The notes under the pieces are model-generated. The model did not search any database, had not been told where the DNA came from, and saw only the letters and a list, made by a program, of their open reading frames with translations. The position numbers were made by a program, and so were the translations under genes. Shown here in pieces: positions 38,792-46,700 of a stretch of 58,397 nucleotides of DNA; position 1 is the first letter of the stretch; each line of letters begins with the position of its first letter. The DNA is from Betaproteobacteria bacterium RIFCSPLOWO2_02_FULL_67_26 (GTDB lineage: Bacteria; Pseudomonadota; Gammaproteobacteria; Burkholderiales; SG8-41): contig MERD01000040.1 in the NCBI GenBank assembly GCA_001771935.1, forward strand, positions 48,058 through 106,454, written 5' to 3'.

Positions 38792-39757
38792 CTATTCGCC
38801 TACAGCTTTTATTCGTTCGTAGTTCTGATAGCCACGCTGATTAATCTGCTCTAGTTCCGTCTTGTAATATGGGCTCGTCGGATTGGGATAATTAGCCCGG
38901 CCAGGTGCCGGACCACAGTCAAGAATTCGACATCCTTGATCCATTTTTTCATTAATCCATCTGCGGTTATTTTCCATCCATTTCTCAGGAGGAGTCTTCG
39001 TTGGGTTATACCAGCTTGCGCCACGGGCCTGTGCAGTTGGAATGACTCGATCCGCCATTCCCTCTCCAATCACTATTGCCTCTTGGGCACCTTTTGACGC
39101 TTGACGTGCCGCCCAAGCAACTGCTGCTCCCCCACCAATTGCCCCGCCGACTGCTCCTGCCGCTGCTGAGGGTGCAGCCTCCTGTGCCGCTCCCCTCAAA
39201 CTTACATCAGCGAAGTTTCCAAACGCAGCCCACTGGCTTACGGTATCCGCCGCAAGAGCGAGTCCGCCAGCTGTGGCAGCACCCGCAATCATGCCCTTGA
39301 CCACGGGAATCAAGAAAATCAGGAATGCCGCATTACCATCGGAATCCAGATATTTGTAGGGGTTGTTATTCCCGTAGGCATAGCGATTGAAGGAGTGTAG
39401 ATTCTTCTCATCGAATCCCTGCGCATCCACCCCCATAAACCGCCCCACCACGGGGTCGTAGTACCGCGCCCCGAAGTAGCTCAACCCCGTGTCCGCATCA
39501 AACGCCTTGCCGTGGAAAAACTGCCTATTACCCGCCGCGGCGGACTCGTTCCTGGTCCGCTCCCCGTAGGGACGGTAGCCCTCGCGCCAGACGATATTGC
39601 CGTTGATGTCGGTGGCGGCGACCGGGCTGCCTGCCACATCGGTGTGGATGAAGGTCAGCGTCTCAGTTGCCTGAACCGGAGAAGCGGCAACGATAAGCAA
39701 CGCGATAGCGAGTGCTGACCAGACCCGATGCAACCACTTGATGGATTTGGATGTCAT
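38792..39757 (-). CDS. Signal peptide + Rhs core + toxin tip, cassette 4 (unknown activity)
   Basis: Signal ...PVQA/TE; Rhs core; NNPYKYLDSDG; tip VIGEGM.DRV...N.RWI...DCGP...SPYY..E. Confidence 0.85.
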   Translation of the reverse strand: MTSKSIKWLHRVWSALAIALLIVAASPVQATETLTFIHTDVAGSPVAATDINGNIVWREGYRPYGERTRNESAAAGNRQFFHGKAFDADTGLSYFGARYYDPVVGRFMGVDAQGFDEKNLHSFNRYAYGNNNPYKYLDSDGNAAFLIFLIPVVKGMIAGAATAGGLALAADTVSQWAAFGNFADVSLRGAAQEAAPSAAAGAVGGAIGGGAAVAWAARQASKGAQEAIVIGEGMADRVIPTAQARGASWYNPTKTPPEKWMENNRRWINEKMDQGCRILDCGPAPGRANYPNPTSPYYKTELEQINQRGYQNYERIKAVGE

Positions 39758-39779
39758 CGAAAAATCTAGCTTGGCCCAA

Positions 39780-40190
39780 TTAACTGTCGTTTGAGAAATT
39801 AAACTTTCTCGCCGAGTCAATTAATTCATCTGTTGCACTCTTCAAGTGTTCTAGAAATTCAGAAACAGCCTGCGATTCACGAACAGGGAACCGTACAAGC
39901 AAATCCTGTCCTTTTTGATGAATCATCCGAACTGACGACTCTACGGTCCACACAGATTGTTCCCATCGTGCGTCTAACCACCACGAATAAGCTTTGCCTG
40001 AGCGCGTTTCAACATCAACAAATGCTTCTAAGACTGGGCCAGTCTTATAGCGTCGTATATCAAAACCACGCTTCGCACCACTCACGCCGGGTTTATCGCG
40101 AAGCGAATGCGCTAGCTCAAGCAAAGCTTCGTTTATTAAGCTAATACCGTCCAAGAGGGATCGCCCGATGATGTTATTTGGGTCCTGCAT
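39780..40190 (-). CDS. Putative immunity protein for cassette 3
   Basis: 136 aa; starts 6 nt after the toxin stop; low GC; no signal peptide. Confidence 0.7.
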   Translation of the reverse strand: MQDPNNIIGRSLLDGISLINEALLELAHSLRDKPGVSGAKRGFDIRRYKTGPVLEAFVDVETRSGKAYSWWLDARWEQSVWTVESSVRMIHQKGQDLLVRFPVRESQAVSEFLEHLKSATDELIDSARKFNFSNDS

Positions 40191-40196
40191 AACATC

Positions 40197-41153
40197 TCAT
40201 TTCGGAAACTTACCACGCTCAGATACAGCTTCCTTCAGCGTTTCAGGAGAAATGTTGCGTACGCTTACGTGTCCCGGAGGGAACTTATCAATCGTTACTG
40301 AGCCGGGTGGAAGTTTTGACGTGTCTACACCGAAGTAGTTTTCTCCAGGCCTAAGCACCGGGCGTTCACCTTTTGGCAATGGGTTAGAGAGAGAATCTCG
40401 AAAAGAAATTGCCTCTTCGCCTGGCCTGACTTTGAGGTTTGAAGGAGATGGATTTCCTTCTCGATAAATGACTTTTGGAGAGCTGCCAGTTCTCGCAGCG
40501 TTTGCCACACCGGCTAGTGCTCCCCCTTGCGCGCCCCCAGCAAAACCCAGCAGCGCGCCGACAAAGGCACCATCGCCAGCAGCATCTACTACACCGCCTA
40601 CACCCCATATGTTGGCAACGGTGCCAGTTTGATAGTACTGAATTCCCGCGTTGAATACGGCCGCTGATCCTCCCCCAATGGCTGCTCCACCTCCAACCCA
40701 TGCCAAGATTGGAATAATTATGGTCGGCGAATTGCCATCCGGATCCTTGAATTTGTAGGGATTGTTATTCCCGTAGGCGTAGCGGTTGAAGGAGTGCAGG
40801 TTTTTCTCATCGAAATGCTGTGGGTCCACCCCCATAAACCGCCCCACCACCGGGTCGTAGTAGCGCGCCCCGAAGTAGGAGAGGCCCGTGTCCGCGTCAA
40901 ACGCCTTGCCGTGGAAAAACTGCCTATTACCCGCCGCGGCGGACTCGTTCCGGGTGCGCTCCCCGTAGGGCCGGTAGCCTTCCCGCCAGATCACGTCGCC
41001 ATTGATGTCCGTGGCGGCGACGGGACTGCCCGCGACATCGGTGTGGATGAAAGTCAGCGTCTCGGTCGCCCGAGCTGGAGCGGCAGCGATGAGCAACGCC
41101 ATGGCGAGCGCTGCCCAGACCTGATAGAACCACTTGATGGATTTGGGTGTCAT
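40197..41153 (-). CDS. Signal peptide + Rhs core + toxin tip, cassette 3 (possible ART-like fold)
   Basis: Signal ...PARA/TE; Rhs core; NNPYKFKDPDG; tip IYREG...NLKVRP..AISF...PPGHVSV. Confidence 0.85.
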   Translation of the reverse strand: MTPKSIKWFYQVWAALAMALLIAAAPARATETLTFIHTDVAGSPVAATDINGDVIWREGYRPYGERTRNESAAAGNRQFFHGKAFDADTGLSYFGARYYDPVVGRFMGVDPQHFDEKNLHSFNRYAYGNNNPYKFKDPDGNSPTIIIPILAWVGGGAAIGGGSAAVFNAGIQYYQTGTVANIWGVGGVVDAAGDGAFVGALLGFAGGAQGGALAGVANAARTGSSPKVIYREGNPSPSNLKVRPGEEAISFRDSLSNPLPKGERPVLRPGENYFGVDTSKLPPGSVTIDKFPPGHVSVRNISPETLKEAVSERGKFPK

Positions 41154-41195
41154 TGAAAAATTGGTCACTTTAACCTTGACACCTTTAGCCCCTAA

Positions 41196-41474
41196 TCATG
41201 CCGATGGCTTGGAATATGGCAACGAGATTCGACGCGCCGCACAGACTGCCTCGTAGTGCGTGAGTGCTTCCGATAGTTGCTCTCGCACATCTTCGATTTC
41301 CGCCGCCAGATCCACTACTTGGTTAGCCTCCAAGAGCTTGGCCATCCGTTCCATGCTTCGTACCAGCGCATTCAAAGTATCGCCTTGAACGACAACACCG
41401 GGATAGTTTCGCTCTGGAAGCTGGACTATCGCGAAGTTGGTCTGACGGCTCAAAAGCTCAACATGCCCACTCAT
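41196..41474 (-). CDS. Putative immunity protein for cassette 2 (DUF6959-like)
   Basis: N.AIVQLPERNYPGVVVQGDTL motif; starts 2 nt after the toxin stop. Confidence 0.7.
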   Translation of the reverse strand: MSGHVELLSRQTNFAIVQLPERNYPGVVVQGDTLNALVRSMERMAKLLEANQVVDLAAEIEDVREQLSEALTHYEAVCAARRISLPYSKPSA

Positions 41475-41476
41475 AC

Positions 41477-42406
41477 TTACCTCGGTGTCGGTGTGAACGT
41501 GATGTATGGTTTATTGGGATCGACAGTCCCGCGCAAGAAGTCCTGATTGCGTGGCTCACCCAAACCACGCTGGCCTTCGGGAAGCGAACTTTTCATACTG
41601 TGCGCGGTTGATCCCCGTGTGCTCTCTGGAATAACATAGTCCCAATCAGATGTGGGGCCTGCCGTTCCTTTGGCCCTGCTACCGACAACCGAGATCTCGG
41701 TGCCGGTTCTATCGGCCGCGTTCTGGATACGAGCGATCTCGCTGGTAGTCAGGTTCTCAAGCTTTGCCCCCCCGCCTGCTACTGGCCCTACACTCTTGGC
41801 AACACTCGCCCCTATTCCAATAGCCTTGATAACGCCTAATCCCGCAGCCGTTACACCAAGATCGGGAAACGATGTAGGTATCACTTGCCCCGAGCCCGCC
41901 GGTACCGCAGGCATGGGCGCTAACGCGTCGAATCCCAACCATAATCCCACGCCTACGATCATCGGGAGGATGGCTTGGCCTGCCCTCCCGTCCGGATCCA
42001 CGAATTTGTACGGATTGTTATTGCCGTAAGCGTAGCGATTGAAGGAGTGCAGGTTCTTCTCATCGAATCCCTGCGCATCCACCCCCATAAACCGCCCCAC
42101 CACAGGGTCGTAGTAGCGCGCCCCGAAGTAGGAGAGCCCCGTATCCGTATCAAACGCCTTGCCGTGAAAAAACTGCCGGTTACCCGCCGCGGCGGACTCG
42201 TTCCGGGTCCGCTCCCCGTACGGCCGGTAGCCCTCGCGCCAGATCACGTTGCCGTTGATGTCCGTGGCGGCGACCGGGCTGCCCGCCACATCGGTGTGGA
42301 TGAAGGTCAGCGTCTCGGTCGCCCGAGCTGGAGCGGCAGCGATGAGCAACGCCATGGCGAGCGCTGCCCAGACCTGATAGAACCACTTGATGGATCTGAG
42401 TTTCAT
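41477..42406 (-). CDS. Signal peptide + Rhs core + nucleotidyltransferase-like toxin tip, cassette 2
   Basis: Signal ...PARA/TE; Rhs core; NNPYKFVDPDG; tip VVGSRAKGTAGPTSDWDY (pol-beta GS...DxD motif). Confidence 0.85.
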   Translation of the reverse strand: MKLRSIKWFYQVWAALAMALLIAAAPARATETLTFIHTDVAGSPVAATDINGNVIWREGYRPYGERTRNESAAAGNRQFFHGKAFDTDTGLSYFGARYYDPVVGRFMGVDAQGFDEKNLHSFNRYAYGNNNPYKFVDPDGRAGQAILPMIVGVGLWLGFDALAPMPAVPAGSGQVIPTSFPDLGVTAAGLGVIKAIGIGASVAKSVGPVAGGGAKLENLTTSEIARIQNAADRTGTEISVVGSRAKGTAGPTSDWDYVIPESTRGSTAHSMKSSLPEGQRGLGEPRNQDFLRGTVDPNKPYITFTPTPR

Positions 42407-42426
42407 CGAAAAACAGAGCCTGGCCG

Positions 42427-42720
42427 CTATTTTTTAGCCCACATGAGAAAAGTTTGAAGAATCTCCTTCAAATTCCGCGGGCCACAGTCTCCTTTAAAGA
42501 CGCCATTCTCAATCCGACAGAGAATCCAGTCATTCTCGTCTTCGCGCTGAATTTTGATCGTATCGAAGCTACGAGAATACAAGGGCGTGTCTGTCAATTC
42601 GATAGTGATTGCCCAACCCGGGTTGTCAAGGGTTTCAATCGTTATCCCATATGTGTGCTCCCAGTCTCCATTGCACATGGAGACATACCACTCTTGAAGA
42701 CTATCAAGCGTGTCGATCAT
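42427..42720 (-). CDS. Immunity protein Imm53-like
   Basis: WY..MCNGDWEHTYGI.IETLDNPGW signature; ATGA overlap with the toxin stop. Confidence 0.85.
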   Translation of the reverse strand: MIDTLDSLQEWYVSMCNGDWEHTYGITIETLDNPGWAITIELTDTPLYSRSFDTIKIQREDENDWILCRIENGVFKGDCGPRNLKEILQTFLMWAKK

Positions 42721-43640
42721 TGCTGTCTCGACCCAGGAATTTCATCTGGGGTTGCGGGGCGCACTCCTCCGGGAATACTTTTCCCTTGCGTGTGAGGCGT
42801 CGAAACGCGCTCGCCCGTATCCTTATTCGTATGAGGACGGCCAACGACATCTGTACTTTGCTTTGAATCCCAGCCGCTTGGATTCCTAGGATTTGGTGTC
42901 CAAGTCTCATGCCGGGTAATTTCTCCAGTCCTAGGGTCAGTCTTCCAAGTTGTATGCTCTGCATCCGCGTCTTTGGCTGGCTCTACTTTATTGCCTCGGC
43001 TAAAGATTAGATTCCCAATTTTGTCCGCTAATTCCGAGAAGCCCGGCAATTGGTTTCCCGAAACCGCTGACCCTGGTGTCGTCAGAATAGTCAAACCGGA
43101 ATCATTGCTGGCCGGGAATCCCTGTAACCCCGGCTGTGGTTTTGCCGCTTGATAACCCCCAAGATATACATACGTACCTACGGCAATTCCGATAAATAAA
43201 ATCTTATCCGCATACCTTCCATCAGAATCTATGTACTTGTATGGGTTGTTATTCCCATATGCATATCGGTTGAAGCTGTGGATGTTGTCTTCCCTGAATC
43301 CAACCGCATCCACCCCCATAAACCGCCCAACCAGGGGATCGTAGTAACGGGCGCCGAAGTAGCTCAGGCCTGTATCCGCGTCAAAGGCTTTGCCATGAAA
43401 AAACTGCCGATTACCCGCCGCGGCGGACTCGTTCTTAGTCCGCTCCCCGTAGGGCCGGTAGCCTTCCCGCCAGATCACGTCGCCATTGATGTCCGTGGCG
43501 GCGACGGGACTGCCCGCGACATCGGTGTGGATGAAAGTCAGCGTCTCAGTTGCCTGAACCGGAGAAGCGGCAACGATAAGCAACGCGATAGCGAGTGCTG
43601 ACCAGACCCGATGCAACCACTTGGCCGATTTGCTTGTCAT
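42717..43640 (-). CDS. Signal peptide + Rhs core + Ntox24-like toxin tip, cassette 1
   Basis: SD ggagggg; signal ...PVQA/TE; Rhs core; NNPYKYIDSDG; tip PNPRNPSGWD...H.NK.TG..V.TPH...PGGVRPA.PDEIP. Confidence 0.88.
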   Translation of the reverse strand: MTSKSAKWLHRVWSALAIALLIVAASPVQATETLTFIHTDVAGSPVAATDINGDVIWREGYRPYGERTKNESAAAGNRQFFHGKAFDADTGLSYFGARYYDPLVGRFMGVDAVGFREDNIHSFNRYAYGNNNPYKYIDSDGRYADKILFIGIAVGTYVYLGGYQAAKPQPGLQGFPASNDSGLTILTTPGSAVSGNQLPGFSELADKIGNLIFSRGNKVEPAKDADAEHTTWKTDPRTGEITRHETWTPNPRNPSGWDSKQSTDVVGRPHTNKDTGERVSTPHTQGKSIPGGVRPATPDEIPGSRQQ

Positions 43641-43712
43641 GGTTTTCCCCTCCACAGCAACCTTTTGCTTGAGAATCTCATCTGCGTTCATCTGCGTTTA
43701 TCGGCGGCTAAT

Positions 43713-46700
43713 CTAGTCATCGAGCAGCAGTTGAAGGATCGCCGGCAGCCAACTGAGGTTGTAGATCGTGACCTGGAACGTGGTCGAGCTTTGCGCGTTG
43801 TTCGCGTCGCCCGAGTAGTCCGCCGTGATGGTGTGGCTACCCACTGAAAGACTGGAGAGCGTAATACTCGCCGAGCCATTGGTGACAGTCACCGGTGAGC
43901 CAAAAGGTACACCGCCCTCCTTGAAAGTCACCGTTCCGGTCGGCGAGCTACCGGAAACGTTGACCGTCAACGTGACATTCCCGCCGATTAGTGAAGATAT
44001 CGAACCGGTTGATGTCGTGGTCGCTGTCCCGACTCGGGTAATGGCCTTGACGCCGACCAGCTTGCCCTGGAGATAGACGTACTCCTTGAGGTCGGATCCC
44101 CAACTCGAAGTCGTGGGCGTGTCCTCCAGCAGGAGCTGACCGTCGAGGCCGTACATGAAGTAAGTCTTTATGCCTCCCTTCTCCGTGCGCACGCGCATGT
44201 TGAGTCCGTCGTACGCGTAGTTCACCGGGTCAGTCTGGCCACATCTGAAGCAAGTCATTTGTAAAGCGTCGTTATAGGTGAACATCGGCGTGCTCGCCGT
44301 GCCGTTGTTAACGACATTTCCATAGAGGTCGTAGGCAAACTGGTATGGCCTGTTGGAAATGCTGGCAAGCCGGTTCGAGCCATCGTAGCCGTAGTTCAAT
44401 ATCTGGCCGCCTTTGGTCTGCGAAAGAAGGTTTCCGGCACCGTCATAGCTGAATGCCCGCGCCTCGCCGGAGGTGGTGTTGGCCAACACTAGACGGTCAA
44501 TAGCATCGTACTGCAGGTCCGGCATCGAGTTGAGCCCATCCACGATATCGTCAACTCGCGTCTCAAGGCTCTTTACGTTGCCCGTGCCGTCATAGGTGTA
44601 GGTATGCTTTAGATCAACCAGCGGGGGCGTGCTGCGGAGAGAGGCCAACTGCTGAGGCCATAGCCGGTTATTGAGTGCAATCGACGTGGTGACGCCATTC
44701 GCATACTCGACGGTTTTCAGTTCTCCCGACGGATGGAAGTCAATGTTTCCGGCGAATGGAGTTGCAGCCCTGGGCCGCCCGAACCCGTTCGGGTTGAAGC
44801 TAACCACTGTCCCTGACGGGAAAGTAGTTGTGCTTCTTCCGTCGTTACCGGAGTAGGAATGGCCGAGCGAATATATCCGGCCATCGACCGTCAGCCGATC
44901 CAGCGTCAGGTTCTTGTTCGCGTCGTACTCGAAGTGCCGTAACGCCGCTGTGCCATATTCCACATCCTTCAACAGTCCGTCGCCGTAATAGCTCCGGATT
45001 ACAGTGGGCAGTCCGCCCGGGTAATTAATTTGAGTTAGGCGATTGAGCGCGTCGTAGATAAAGCCAGTGGTTGGTGTCCCGTTCACGGAACGCGAGGTCA
45101 TGTTGCCGACCTGGTCTCGTCCAAAGGTCGTCGTATCGGTTTCGGGATCAATGATTGACGTCAGGAAATTGCCGGCGGGAACTTGGCCAACTGCGTTGTA
45201 CACATAGGCCCGCGTCTTGTCCCCCTGAGCTACCGTGAGAATCCGCCCGATCGGATTGCGCGTAATGGTCACGTTTGCTCCAGGCTCAGGAACAGAGATG
45301 CTCATCAACTCACGCTTGTCGGGGTCGCCATAGGCACGGTACGAATAGGTATGCGTGATATTCCGCTCGTTCGTGATCGCTACGGTCGTGGCACCATAGT
45401 TGTACGTTCGCGTCGCGGGCCCAGGGTGCTTCACTGTCTTTATCCGGTCGAGCATGTCGTAATCCATGCAAGTTCCCGCCGGCGGATTGCCCGGGCAAGG
45501 AACCCCCGATCCGGCGTTCGGATAGGATACGTAGATACGCTGGCCGACGGCATTATGAGCCAAGTTAATGGTTGAGTTCTGGCTCGGAGACGCACTGTCT
45601 GTCTTGACGACCGAAGCCATTCTCCCAAACCCATCGTAGTTGACGGTTTGAGTAAGCGTGCCTCGGGCCACAACCATTTGGCTGGCGGAAGGATAAGTGA
45701 TGGATACGGGATTCCCGAATGGATAGGTAATCGCGTAAGACCCAGGCTGATTCCCTTGAAGACGATTCAGTCCATCGTAACGGTATTGAATCGTGTCACC
45801 TTTTCCGTCCATCTCAGTGGTCACGTTGCCCTCGTTGCTTATTACTCGAGTTACGTTATTACCGGGAACCGGGCGAATTTCCGTTTGGGGAATGCCGCGC
45901 TTATGGTTGCTGAACTCGGTCGTGAAGCCTGCTCCCCTCGCATCTGTGCGGGTGAGCAGGTTCCCATTGCCAGGGTCGTAGGTGTAATTGGTAGGCACCC
46001 CGAAGCGATTTTCCTGCGTCACATTTCCGCGGGTATCTATGATGCGAGTGATCGAGAAGTTGGGAACACCCAAAATCGTTTCGTCCTTTACCTGGTGGAT
46101 GATCCACGGACCACTGATACTGTTCTGATACTGATACGTCAGGTTAATTGTGCGTGAAAAACCGGAGGAGCTTTCGGTAACAGTTAAGGGATTACCATAG
46201 GCATCGAAATTATTCGAATAATCGGTTGTGTATGTGTTGCCATCCCGAGAAATTACTTTTGTCTGGAGAACGGGAGCACGAGTATCCAAATCGTTTGCAA
46301 GCGTGCTTCCCGGACGTCGATTATCCTGATTGGAGATGAGCTGGCTCGTCCAGGTATAGGTTTCAGTCTGTACTGGTGACTGCCCCGGATCAGTCTGCTG
46401 CTTTGACAGCAAGAGCCCGACGCGCCAATAGGTTCCCGTCTCAACGGTGCCATATCCCACGTGCTGATAGGTAGTAGTACCATTGAGTGCTGTGACGGTT
46501 GTCGTATCGGGATCGTTGAATGCGATCGATGGAATGTACGAAAATGTCCATGCGCCACCGTCTGAAGTGGTCTTCCCGGATACGACCGTGTTTTGCACTC
46601 CGACTGCAAAAATCGTTTGAATATATGAATAGTTGATCGTTCCGCCTTGCGGATAAGTCACACTCGTCATGGACTTGAGACCCGGACTACCGCCGGTCGA

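Noticed and set aside
37611-43640. Repeated ~450-bp units as a CRISPR array, integron cassettes or IS copies
   Set aside because: The repeats are protein-coding Rhs-core regions; no cas genes, attC-like palindromes, integrase or transposase are visible
43640-44050. Frameshift or nonsense mutation splitting an ordinary rhs gene
   Set aside because: A complete Ig domain, tail, stop codon, SD and new signal peptide lie between the two halves, which a point lesion would not produce
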